Of a stretch of 64,000 nucleotides of DNA, positions 54,437-64,000 are shown piece by piece. The DNA is from an uncultured Planctomycetota bacterium. GTDB taxonomy: Bacteria; Planctomycetota; Planctomycetia; Pirellulales; Lacipirellulaceae. The notes beneath the pieces are model-generated. The model saw only the letters and a list, made by a program, of their open reading frames with translations. It was not told the origin of the DNA and ran no database searches. Positions within the stretch are counted from its first letter, which is position 1, and each line of letters begins with the position of its first letter. Both the position numbers and the translations under genes were made by a program. The stretch is taken from NCBI GenBank assembly GCA_963719315.1, contig CAVRBU010000002.1, positions 1,056,001-1,120,000 of the forward strand, given 5' to 3'.

Positions 54437-54841
54437 AGCATCTATCTTTCGTATTAGAGTGATGAAACGGTATCGCAAAAGAGTCCCTGCAGGATCACCA
54501 CGAGTCACTACAAACCGCATTCCAAAAGCAGAGAGGGGCCTCAGCGCATAAACGTGCCCTGCGCAGCAAGAAATCAAGAATGTCGCAAGGCTTGCAGGCG
54601 ATCTTCTAAAAAGCCGACTGGTCTAAAGACGTTCAGTATCGCTGGCTTCCAGAGGAGTCGGTTCGTTACTTCAATTTGAGAATTAACTCTTTAGTTGGGT
54701 ACAGGTCGATTTCTCCCTTCACGGCCACACGGGCGAAAGGACGAGTTCGACAAACCTTAGGGACGAGATTGTGGTTCATCCTCCGTGCAGTTTATAGCCG
54801 AAAAGAATCTCGGTGCCTCGTCTTCCCTTAATAATATATAA

Positions 54842-55807
54842 GAACCCCTAACAATACTGTCTACTAGCAGTGCTAGTAATTGATTCGAGTCGTTGTGGAA
54901 GATGTAAAACTTGTTTTTGAAATTGCAGTCGTGACACGGCGTTGATTGTCCCCAGAATTCCTTTGGAGTGAAACCAACTATCTGGAGGACCAACGATGGC
55001 TAAAGAATTAGTTCCTGACGAATTGTGGGAGATGTTGTCTCCTTTACTCCCTGAACACGAACCGAGCCCCAAAGGAGGCCGACCGCGGATCGATGATCGC
55101 AAAGTCTTGACCGGAATCATTTTTGTTTTACGAACGGGTATTCCTTGGGAATATCTTCCCCTGGAAATGGGATGTGGATCTGGAATGACCTGCTGGCGAC
55201 GGTTACAGGAGTGGCACGAAGCAGGCGTCTGGGAGGCGTTGAAACAAACATTGTTGGAGAATCTGCGCAGCGCCGATCAACTCGATTGGTCGCGAGCGGC
55301 AGTCGATAGTGCGACGGTTCGTGCTGTAGGGGGCGGCGAAAAAACGGGACCGAACCCAACGGATCGGCGAAAACCCGGCAGTAAACATCATGTGGTCACC
55401 GATGCGAACGGCGTCCCGCTCAAATTCATTCTCACCGCCGCCAATCGACACGACGTGACCCAACTGATCCCGTTGATTGACGGAATCGAGCCGGTGGCGG
55501 GCAAACCGGGCCGGCCGAAACAGCGTCCGGAAGAGGTGTATGCGGATCGGGCGTACGACTCCGAAAAGCACCGACAAGCACTCCGCGATCGCGGCATCAA
55601 ACCCCACTTGGCTAAACGCAATACGGAACATGGCAGCGGCCTAGGAATTTATCGTTGGGTTTCCGAACGTACGCTCAGTTGGATGAATAATTTCCGGCGG
55701 CTGCGAACGCGATTTGATCGGAGGGCCGATATCCATAAAGCCTTTGTGACTCTGGCTCAATCTCTCATCTGCTTCAACATACTCACCGAAGGGTTTTGTT
55801 AGGGGTT
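54842..55807 (+). mobile_element. IS5-family insertion sequence
   Basis: IR aacccctaacaatac / gttttgttaggggtt, with TAA on both sides. Confidence 0.8.
54996..55802 (+). CDS. IS5-family transposase (single ORF)
   Basis: GGRPRIDDR, LRTGIPW, VDS, ADRAYDS, RWVSERT...FRRL. Confidence 0.93.
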   Translation: MAKELVPDELWEMLSPLLPEHEPSPKGGRPRIDDRKVLTGIIFVLRTGIPWEYLPLEMGCGSGMTCWRRLQEWHEAGVWEALKQTLLENLRSADQLDWSRAAVDSATVRAVGGGEKTGPNPTDRRKPGSKHHVVTDANGVPLKFILTAANRHDVTQLIPLIDGIEPVAGKPGRPKQRPEEVYADRAYDSEKHRQALRDRGIKPHLAKRNTEHGSGLGIYRWVSERTLSWMNNFRRLRTRFDRRADIHKAFVTLAQSLICFNILTEGFC

Positions 55808-55858
55808 TAAGTTGGAAAGCAGGGCTCGTGCGCGGGCGGCACAACAATAACGCCAACG

Positions 55859-56410
55859 TCAACCAAGCTTGCGACGTTTCGTCGGACGTTTAATGCGTGA
55901 CTCTGGCGTTACCTTGCCAGAGCCCGGCCGCCTGGGCGCTTTCTTGGCAAGGCTCGCCTTTAGTGCATCCATGAGGTTAATGACGGGTGGACCGCTCTCG
56001 TCAACTGGCGGTCGCGCGACCTCATGGCCAGCGATTTTCGATTGGACCAAAACTTCTAGTCGCTCATTATAAAGGTTGCGGAATTCATCCATTTGGGCAT
56101 GCTTATCAATGGAGACGTCAATCAATGTCTTTGCCAGTTTGAGTTCCTGCGGAGAGACCTCTGCATCACCAAGATTTTTTTCGAACGAGGCGGCCGGTCG
56201 AACGGCAGCATCGTAGTGCAAAACGGAAACTGAGAGTAACCGGCCAACCGGCCTCAACACAACAAGTTGCTCCCTGTTTGAAATTACAACCTGTGCCAGG
56301 CCAACTACTTTTTCGTTGGACATTGCTTGTTGTAGGACCGCGTACGGCTTTTGGGCTTGCTTGCCGTCAGGCAATAAGTAATAGGTTTGGCCAGAGAAAT
56401 AGATCGGATC
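55859..56410 (-). pseudogene. ku: NHEJ Ku protein, N-terminal half lost at an IS end
   Basis: DPIYFSGQTYYLLP...KPYAVL...REQLVVLRP...VINLMDALKASL plus basic tail. The frame begins exactly at the IS IR. Confidence 0.88.
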
Positions 56411-57402
56411 TGCTCAGTAGAAAACGTCTGAATGCTAGCTAAACATCGGTGTGTGTTGGTTCGTATGACGGTGGATGAAGACGAGCAAGAGTCCGAAGCG
56501 CGTGTTGGTCGAGGCACTGGCCGTGGCCCAGGCTTCGCTGCCGCGGTACTCGCATCGGTTCAGCCCACGGGTCTTCACGCAGCATCAACTGTTTGCCTGT
56601 CTGGTGCTCAAGGATTTTTACAACCTGACCTATCGGGGCACCGTTGGCCTGTTGGCGGACAGCGATTCGCTGTGCGAAGCGATCGGCCTGGAAAAGGTGC
56701 CCCACTTCACGACGCTGCAAAAGTCGGCCGATCGGTTGTTGGTGAAGAAGTCGTTTCAACGGCTGATCACGGCCACGGTCCAGCGGGCACGGAAGGCCAA
56801 GCTGCTCCGCCGCTCCGTGCGATTGGCAGCCATCGACACCAGCGGCTTCGAAGCGCGGCACACCAGTCGCTACTATGCCTGGCGTCGAAAAAAGGTGGGA
56901 AAACACGGACGAACGTGCGCCGTCTCCTATCGCCGCTACCCCAAGCTGGGCGTGGTCTGCGACACGACGAGTCATTTCTGCCTGGCGGCCCGGGCTAGCC
57001 AGGGACCGCGGCCCGACTTCGGCGATTTCCGCCCGCTCGTCGTCGAAGCGCAGGCTCGCACCGGAGTGAAGGCGGTCGCGGCGGACGCCGGCTTCGACAG
57101 CGAAGCCAACCACGTGTTGGCCCGCGACGAACTGGGGATTCAGTCCCTGATCCCCGCCGAGCACGGCCGACCGCCGGCCGGGGAACCCGTGGGCCGCTAT
57201 CGAAAGCAGATGAAACGTCATTTGCACGAAAGTCGTTATGGACAACGTTGGCAGGTGGAAACCGTCTACTCGATGATCAAACGTCTCTCGGGAGAAGTCG
57301 TCAACGCCCGCACCCACTGGCGCCGCTGCCGACTCCTGCTCCTCAAAACACTCACTCACAACATCTCGATTCTCAGACAACACCTAGGTTTTCTACTGAG
57401 CA
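56411..57402 (+). mobile_element. IS5/IS4-like insertion sequence
   Basis: Perfect 15-bp IR tgctcagtagaaaac / gttttctactgagca. No flanking direct repeat. Confidence 0.88.
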
Positions 57403-57428
57403 CAACTGTCCCCTTTTCCCTCCCATAA
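56475..57428 (+). CDS. DDE transposase (IS5/IS4-like)
   Basis: PHFTTL, IDTSG, ADAGFDSE, YGQRWQVETVYSMIKR. The ORF reads through the right IR. Confidence 0.9.
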   Translation: MKTSKSPKRVLVEALAVAQASLPRYSHRFSPRVFTQHQLFACLVLKDFYNLTYRGTVGLLADSDSLCEAIGLEKVPHFTTLQKSADRLLVKKSFQRLITATVQRARKAKLLRRSVRLAAIDTSGFEARHTSRYYAWRRKKVGKHGRTCAVSYRRYPKLGVVCDTTSHFCLAARASQGPRPDFGDFRPLVVEAQARTGVKAVAADAGFDSEANHVLARDELGIQSLIPAEHGRPPAGEPVGRYRKQMKRHLHESRYGQRWQVETVYSMIKRLSGEVVNARTHWRRCRLLLLKTLTHNISILRQHLGFLLSTTVPFSLP

Positions 57429-57984
57429 TTGTGAGAAGCAGAAGTATCAGCGAAAGGACGAAAGTTGTCGGTTCCGGCACCACTGACTCGACTCGGACGC
57501 GAAGGTCGCCTACCTTCACGTTGCCCACGAAGTTCGGCAGACTTTCACGCAGGGCGATGAAATCTGCCAAACCCGCGACGCCCGTATCGTTGATGAAACG
57601 CGGGTCAATCCACTCGGCCAACCTGCCGTCGGTAACGCCCAGAATCTCACCTGCCGAAAACATGGCCGGCGGCGGGAGCAGGCTTCCATAGTCGATCCCC
57701 AGCGAACCGCCGGCTGTGTTGGTGAATAGCGGTACTTCATAAGGTAGCGCCTGCTCACGTACGTCGCTTCCTAAAAGATCCCAGATGATGCAGTCGTCGT
57801 CGCCAGCAACGCCGTGATTGATCGCGATCGCCATCACGCTGTCCAACGGCACGAGCAACTCGATGCGCGCATCACGGTTATCGTCGATCAGCGTCGAATA
57901 AACGAAGCCGTCCCCACTATCGAGCCCGAACTCGATCGGTTCCAACGGTCCCATGCCTAGCAGAATGATGATCACTTGGGTCAT
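57373..57984 (-). CDS. PEP-CTERM-type protein, tail cut by the IS
   Basis: AGGAG SD, VVPEPTTFVLSLILLLL TM. The last codons come from the IS IR. Confidence 0.7.
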   Translation of the reverse strand: MTQVIIILLGMGPLEPIEFGLDSGDGFVYSTLIDDNRDARIELLVPLDSVMAIAINHGVAGDDDCIIWDLLGSDVREQALPYEVPLFTNTAGGSLGIDYGSLLPPPAMFSAGEILGVTDGRLAEWIDPRFINDTGVAGLADFIALRESLPNFVGNVKVGDLRVRVESVVPEPTTFVLSLILLLLTIMGGKRGQLCSVENLGVV

Positions 57985-58040
57985 TGCAGTTCTCCTTTAT
58001 GTGCCAGAGTCGGACGGACAAATATGACTTGCTCCTTTTT

Positions 58041-58826
58041 TTATAAATCCAGAATTTCTGCTTTCCGTCTCCTCGCCATGAATATCCCGACCGACAGACA
58101 CGCGCCGACCAAGACGAGGGTGGCCGGTTCGAGAACGAAAGTGTGAATCTCGGCGCTATTGAACAGGCGTATGGCATCCCCGGGGGCGTCGAGATAGAAG
58201 CTGAGCGTGTGCAAGTGCTCGGTCGTCGTCAGCAGCGTGATCGGACCCAGGGTGTCGCCGAAGGGCACAGGGCCGGGCACGCTGGCGGCCGGGCCTTCAT
58301 GGGCCGTGCCTAGGTCGAAGATGTTGACTGTCGCCGTGTAGAACAGCTCCGCGTAGCTGATTGAATTGCCCAGCGTATTTTCAAACTGACCGTCGATCAT
58401 GGCATCGTGCATGGCGATGCCCGAGGCGGCGTAATTATGCTTTACCGCGATCTCGCCATTGATAAGGCCGGGCATGAGCTTCTCGATCAGCGTGTCGGTA
58501 ACGATCGTCGAGACGGGAGGCGTGCCAAGGCCGCCGCTGGCGAGCACGGTGCCGTTGGCCGTCCAGGTGTTCATGGCGTCGCTGACAGTGAAGTCGATTT
58601 CTATGTCGCCGACGGCCGGGTTGAGGTCCGGCGCGACGTTGTCCGGATAAACCGTGGGGATGCCGCCGTTCACGCTGATCTCGACTGAGAAGCCAGCCAA
58701 GGCCGGATTGGACGACCCGAACGTCCAGGCAAGCGCGATCAGAAGTAAGCAATACGGGCGGCGAAACAACCCATTCTGAGCGACGTGCGACTTCGTCGTT
58801 ATTGGAAAACGATTGTCAAGTACCAT
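58041..58826 (-). CDS. PEP-CTERM-type secreted protein (VLEP variant)
   Basis: AGGAG SD, signal peptide, VLEPATLVLVGACLSVGIFMARRRK. Confidence 0.8.
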   Translation of the reverse strand: MVLDNRFPITTKSHVAQNGLFRRPYCLLLIALAWTFGSSNPALAGFSVEISVNGGIPTVYPDNVAPDLNPAVGDIEIDFTVSDAMNTWTANGTVLASGGLGTPPVSTIVTDTLIEKLMPGLINGEIAVKHNYAASGIAMHDAMIDGQFENTLGNSISYAELFYTATVNIFDLGTAHEGPAASVPGPVPFGDTLGPITLLTTTEHLHTLSFYLDAPGDAIRLFNSAEIHTFVLEPATLVLVGACLSVGIFMARRRKAEILDL

Positions 58827-58909
58827 GAGTCTCCTATGGGTTGGCCCTGAACGGCGCGCTGCTCGCTTGCGGAAGAAAGGATCAGCGGCCGTTCGATCTT
58901 TTCATGATT

Positions 58910-59638
58910 TCAGAATATCCCCCACATCGCACGCCTGCGACCGCGGGTCAGCAGCACCGCGGATGCAAGGAGCAAAACGATCAGCGTCGGCGGCTCGGGA
59001 ACGAGCGAATGGACATCGACCAGACTGCCCGTGTGGTTCGTAAATTTGACGAGAGCGGGAGTGGCGGTAAGAACAGGGCCCGGGAGCGACGCGTGAAAAC
59101 CGTCAGGATTGTCGCCAATGAACACCCATAAACCATCTCCAGGGTTCCAGATGATCTGATTCCCACCCCACCCCCATCCAATAACATCAAGGGTAACGGC
59201 GTGGAGACTCTCTACCGTGCCGTCACCTCCCACGCCCGGCGGTAGTACCAGGTCACCCATGGCCTCGTTCACATTGAATAGGCCGGAGGAAGTGCCGATT
59301 TCGATAATCCAACTTGGCTCTCCAAGTATGGTTCCGTCGAAGTCCAACGTGGCACGCGATTGGATGTTGCCCGCACCGTCGAGGTCTTCGATGATGAACT
59401 TGCCGGTTTGTTCCGCAAAATCGTAGCGAAACCCGTGGCCGCCCATGTAGGGCTTGGGCACCAGGGTCCCTGCCTCCCCGGGGTCAAGGAAGAGGTTCGA
59501 TGCAAACGCGGTCGGCGAGGTCAAGAGCAACAGTGAGACAACTGTAAACAGTCGTGCGACCGAGCGACGGCGGCCCGGTCGGTCAGGCCGCTGGAGCGCT
59601 CCAAACGTCCATAAGAGGCTTGGTTCAAACGATTTCAT
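58910..59638 (-). CDS. PEP-CTERM secreted protein
   Basis: AGGAGG SD, signal peptide ending AFA, VPEPPTLIVLLLASAVLLTRGRRR. Confidence 0.85.
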   Translation of the reverse strand: MKSFEPSLLWTFGALQRPDRPGRRRSVARLFTVVSLLLLTSPTAFASNLFLDPGEAGTLVPKPYMGGHGFRYDFAEQTGKFIIEDLDGAGNIQSRATLDFDGTILGEPSWIIEIGTSSGLFNVNEAMGDLVLPPGVGGDGTVESLHAVTLDVIGWGWGGNQIIWNPGDGLWVFIGDNPDGFHASLPGPVLTATPALVKFTNHTGSLVDVHSLVPEPPTLIVLLLASAVLLTRGRRRAMWGIF

Positions 59639-59700
59639 TGGATCTCCTCCTTTGGCAAGATAATCGTCGAATGGGAAACGATGAGCGAAATGTGGACATT

Positions 59701-60414
59701 TCATGGGATGGTCTTCCGCGATACGGATCGCCCGTGGCGACGGCACGAATAGGCGACGCCAATTAAGCCGATCGCCAACAGCGCAATATTGCCCGGTTCA
59801 GGAACCTGCGAGAACCGCTGCTCGAACATGGTGAGTAGGGCGCCTTCGCCTACCAACTCGATTTGTTTGAACACGTGCACGAACGACTGCGGCGGGAACT
59901 CGGCCGAATCGAAATGATCCGGACCTCCCGAATTTGCTACGTCGCCCACCATGGCCTGCACGAATTTGAAGCCGAGGGGTGCCCCGGAGGCATCCGAAAT
60001 CGATTCCCGGATATTGATCACGCCGCTGGTTGAACCGGAGACAAAGGTGAAGCCGTTGAGCCAGAGCGAGTTGTCCTTGATCAACGGTTCGCCGCTGCTG
60101 GTCTGGACGTCGAACGAGAACTCGAGAACGATGAACGAATTGCCGGAATTCAAACTGTTCGGGATGTTAAACTTGATGCCCGGGTTTAGCGGGTCATCTT
60201 CCAGCGGCGTGACGAAAATGCCGTCCAAGCTGCCGGCAGCCGTCGGTCCAAGATCAAAGTCGTCCAACTTCCAGTTTGAAAACACCTTGTCGTCGGCGGT
60301 AATCGTTGCGCCTTGAAACAGGTCGAGCAAAGTAAGGTCCTGTGCTTGGACGGCGGAACTAAAAAATGCACCGACGATCAGCAATGTACAAGCGAGTATG
60401 CGTAACACTTTCAT
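59701..60414 (-). CDS. PEP-CTERM secreted protein
   Basis: AAGGAG SD, signal peptide ending VQA, VPEPGNIALLAIGLIGVAYSCRR. Confidence 0.88.
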   Translation of the reverse strand: MKVLRILACTLLIVGAFFSSAVQAQDLTLLDLFQGATITADDKVFSNWKLDDFDLGPTAAGSLDGIFVTPLEDDPLNPGIKFNIPNSLNSGNSFIVLEFSFDVQTSSGEPLIKDNSLWLNGFTFVSGSTSGVINIRESISDASGAPLGFKFVQAMVGDVANSGGPDHFDSAEFPPQSFVHVFKQIELVGEGALLTMFEQRFSQVPEPGNIALLAIGLIGVAYSCRRHGRSVSRKTIP

Positions 60415-60431
60415 GGGTTCTTACTCCTTGG

Positions 60432-61106
60432 TTACGAGGACACGGGACGACTCAACAACTCGTCGGGATGACCGACCGAGCGCACTCGCAGGCGCTTTAA
60501 GCAAATGGGTGGGAAATGGGGACTTAACGGACTTAACACTTTTCCAAAGATCCAGATTGCCCGCTTCTCCCTCCGATGCGCAACTTGCGCCTCGCCGTTA
60601 AACGTCGGCAGCGACGACACGTCGATGGCCAGCAAGTCGGCTGCTGTAGATAATTCCGTATTCTCATGCACCAGACCGTCCAGAATGTCGATCATTCCGT
60701 CGGAGACGGTAACCGGCTGTCCGAGCGACAACCGGCCGGCAGAAGCACTGGGCGATATCACGATGAGCGGGTCCCCAGTCACGCTCTTGACGATCGGATC
60801 CTCGTGAGGGCACGACTCCAAATCGCGGATGACCAATAAATCGCCGTCCTCATTCTCACGCTGCGCGTGAACGGCTAACGCAGCTTCGCCCGGCACAACG
60901 TCAAAGACGCCCGATGCGACGCAGTCACCATCTGCGTCGGAGAAGTTCAGCGAAGTGTTTGTTCCTGCCGACTCGCTAAGTGCGACCTTCCATGCGGTGA
61001 AAGCCTTCTCCACTATGGAAAACAACGTCGCCCGGAATGGCACGTTGTAGACGGGCGCCGCGGTCGAGCCAAGAACGGCAATGACAAGAATCCGAATCAG
61101 GTTCAT
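60432..61106 (-). CDS. Hypothetical secreted protein, possibly degenerate
   Basis: GGAGG SD, signal-like N-terminus, acidic beta-rich body, no clear sorting tail. Confidence 0.55.
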   Translation of the reverse strand: MNLIRILVIAVLGSTAAPVYNVPFRATLFSIVEKAFTAWKVALSESAGTNTSLNFSDADGDCVASGVFDVVPGEAALAVHAQRENEDGDLLVIRDLESCPHEDPIVKSVTGDPLIVISPSASAGRLSLGQPVTVSDGMIDILDGLVHENTELSTAADLLAIDVSSLPTFNGEAQVAHRREKRAIWIFGKVLSPLSPHFPPICLKRLRVRSVGHPDELLSRPVSS

Positions 61107-61548
61107 CAGGCACCTCCATTGGCGAGACAGGTGGGGCCGGGAACCGATCAAAAATCGCAGGGGCCTCTATTATAGCAGGGCTCCAGGTACTTTCGGACGG
61201 CGTGCCGGAATCTTCATCAAAAACTTTTGGGCCACGACGATTTGCCGTGGAATCGGCGCGCCGGAGAACGGGTTCCGGGGGTTTGGGAGAGATTCAAGAT
61301 TCGTTGGGTTGATAATGAATCCAACGGGCCAAAGCGGCCCCGGCGTCTCATTCCGAGAAGACGTAAGACATTCAGGAACGGAAAACCTGCGCCGCCTTCG
61401 CCGCTCGTTGGGTTCTGGAACGCCGGGAGACGAGGGGGATCAGGGTTACCGAAGCCAGCCAAGCCGCCATCCAAACCGCCAGCCATCCCCCCGTTTCTAT
61501 ATTTGTACGTTGATGACATGACATGCGGAGACTTACTGGCAGGGCCGG

Positions 61549-61752
61549 TCATTCTTTCAGTACGAACGTCACCTTCATGTTGACGCGATACTCTGAGATC
61601 TTGCCGCCGTCGACGGCCACGGTCTGCTCTTGAATCCATGCTCCTTTGACTTTATCGAGCGTCTTGTCCGCCCGAGCGATCCCTTGCTGGATCGCATCCT
61701 CGAAGCTCTTTGTGGACGAGGCAGTAATCTCGGTGACTTTCGCAATGGCCAT
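61549..61752 (-). CDS. Dodecin family (flavin-binding) protein
   Basis: 67 aa, S..SFEDAI..G..RA.KT, YRV.MKVTF, AGGAGG SD. Confidence 0.9.
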   Translation of the reverse strand: MAIAKVTEITASSTKSFEDAIQQGIARADKTLDKVKGAWIQEQTVAVDGGKISEYRVNMKVTFVLKE

Positions 61753-61976
61753 GATGGGGCCTCCTGTTAAGTAGAATTGGTAAGCGTCTGCTGGGATGAA
61801 TGAAACGCACTTTACCGACCAGCAACTCTCTGAACCCTAGAGGATTTTCTGGCTGGAATCAATCGAGGGGCGTTCAGTGCCGTGTCTCAACGGTGAATAT
61901 GCGGGATGCCCGAGAATATGTTGAGATTTCGGGACGCGACAATGGCGACGGTCGCGATCAATGGTACTATCGGCAA

Positions 61977-63547
61977 TCAAGGTGGTTCGTCGCCAAGACG
62001 GGCGCGCCCGCAGAGTTGGCCCAAGAACTTCCACAGCACGTAGGCGAGAAAACAGACCAAGATATGAGCGAGCACGCGGTCTTGCTTTTGGTGCCACACG
62101 GGCCGTAGCGCCAGATCGCTCTTTTGGATGCGGAACGCCGCCTCGGCGTCGGTCAGTTGCGTGTACGCCCGCCACAAGTCTTCGTCGCTCCAGTCGCCGA
62201 CGTTCGTGCGCAACACGTAGGCGCCTTCGCTCAGTTGCGACCAGGCGCGCCACCGCTCGATCTTCGTCCCCGTGATTTGAGCCGCACCATGTTCATCGGC
62301 GCGAATGCGGATGTCGAACAGTCCGGCCGCGCGGGTGTTCTGCCCGAGCAAGCGGCCGACGCGGCGTTCGATCGCGCCCACTTGCTGCGGCGACCGGCGC
62401 AGGCCGCGGCAATCTTGGCAAGTCCTTCCTCAATCCGACGCTCGAATCGCGCGTGCATCGCCTGCTCCTTCTGCTGCCGCTCGCGGCTGCGGCAGAGCAC
62501 GAACGTTTCTTGGCCGCCATCGGGACACGCGCAGAGTTGCACCTCGAGCCCGTCGCGAATCATTCGCCATTCCTGCGACAGCAACTGCTGCTCGAACCGC
62601 TGGAGTTGGCTCTTGGGCGTGCCGACGATGTATCGCCGGTCGCCGGCATTGAGAAAGTCGATGTTCTCCTCGCTCACCAGGCCGCGATCGAGTGCCCAGA
62701 TGCGCTGGGCCTTGCCGTAGCGGGCCTCCATCGTGTCGACCATCTCTGGCAGCGTCGTCGAATCGTGCCGATTGCCGGCGAACACTTCGTAGCCCAGCGG
62801 CAGGCCGCACCGCGTCACCACCAGGCCGATGCAAACTTGCTTGCAGTCGGGCCGATGGTCGCGCGAGTAGCCCCGCTGGGCCAGCGGATTGGCGGCGGCC
62901 TGCCCCTCGAAGTACGTGCTGGTGACGTCGTACAGCAGCAGGTCGTACTCGATGGCGAATAGTTCGCCAAACCGCCGCTTGAGAAACGCTTCCAGCGCCG
63001 GCTTGTGCGGCAACAGCGCGTCGAGGCCACGATACAGCCGGTTGTCGTCGACCTGCTCGATCGGCACGCCGAGCAAGTCGCACAGCGCCGTCTGACGATA
63101 GAAATGCTCGGCGATGCGCAATTCGCTCGATGGTTCGCAGAGCCGTGCGACGACCAGAACGAGCGCGGTGAGCGACCACGGCACGCGTTCGCGTCCCGGC
63201 GGCATGGCGTCGCGCAGGAATTCGTCGAGACCGAGTCGCTTGATGAGCTCCAGCGCCAGCCACGGTCCGCCGAACCGTCGGCAGTTCTCGACGCGAACGC
63301 GCGTGCGGTCGATTTCGACGAACTGCGGCTCGACGTCGGTCTCGGCGAACAGCCGCTGTTGTTGCTGCTGTGACGCCTGCGGCGGATCGGCGGAGTGTTC
63401 AACACCGAGTCGCCCGGCCTCGTCCATCAACCCCAGATAGGCAACCGTCCTCTGACGTGGTCCACGCTCCGTGCGGTACGATTCAACGAGAGCCCAATAG
63501 GCCTCGCGCTTGCCGTTGCGTCGACGAAAGTGCGGCCGCAGAAACAT
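61977..63547 (-). pseudogene. IS1634-family transposase, frameshifted near 62385 and 3'-truncated
   Basis: YWALVESYRT..GPRQR, YDVTSTYFEG, GYSRDHRPD, DRG, AEAAFR..KSDL..RPVWH, AHILVCFLAY. Confidence 0.88.
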
Positions 63548-63720
63548 GGCCACCATCGTAGCGGCCCGCACGGCCGACTTTTTCCACTACACGCCCTTCC
63601 ACGAAGAAAAGCCGCCGCCACTCGACCCCTCGACCATCACCAAAGGACTTACGTCGGAAAAATGATCGAGAACATCTCCGCCAGCCGGATTTTTGAAAAC
63701 TGCTGGGGAAGTTGGGCTAA
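61980..63720 (-). mobile_element. Truncated IS1634-family element
   Basis: Transposase plus a candidate terminus ttagcccaacttcccc at 63720. No matching end found downstream. Confidence 0.65.
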
Positions 63721-64000
63721 GATGATGATCCGCAGATTGCGCAAGAGATAGGCGTCGTTGGTCTGCTTCTGCAGATCTTGCAACTCTGCGATTGAATGCT
63801 GACTCGACACATCCATGAGCTACTCCTAAAAAGGATGAAGCTCTAGGTGTATTGCGCGAAATGGGAATGCGCAAGAGCCTGCGCAGGAAGCGCGCTGCTT
63901 TTTGTTAGAAAGCGTATAACTTAATTCCCACTATCGCTTCGAGGTCTCAATGTAAACTGAAACGGCTTGATTAAAGCCTTTTTGTTGTGCGGGTCAATTG

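Noticed and set aside
54546..54560. Sigma54-like site upstream of the PRC-barrel gene (GGGCACGTTTATGC)
   Set aside because: The spacing from GGCAC to GC is one base short of the strict requirement.
63721..64000. Lower-GC tail of the window
   Set aside because: No supportable feature.

Overview
A GC-rich bacterial chromosome segment with planctomycete hallmarks: a DUF1559 pilin-like gene, an LEPRRL-type N-terminal motif, and dockerin/VPEP-tailed proteins. Pirellulales/Lacipirellulaceae-like by inference. Bases 1-45 kb are core genome: clpB-dnaK behind a sigma54-like promoter, pheA-tpiA-secG-yicC-gmk-rpoZ-coaC-coaB-ispD-tyrS, an ABC system, WD40 and giant SdrD-B/FG-GAP surface proteins, cca, addB-addA, DUF1559, tRNA-Leu(CAG), a sulfatase, gmd and nuoI-A-C-D. 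Bases 45-64 kb are accessory and decaying: ISKra4, araBDA, TopIB and Ku pseudogenes, a PRC-barrel protein, two IS5-like elements, a PEP-CTERM array, dodecin and a truncated IS1634. The most striking unexplained signal is in the core part. Many gene junctions are filled by an inverted pair of 7-9-nt tandem-repeat arms (about 10 different unit sequences) or by REP-like palindrome pairs, and similar elements are also inserted in frame inside addA, addB, cca and a signal peptide. Several single-base frameshifts, including one in tyrS, look like sequencing errors.
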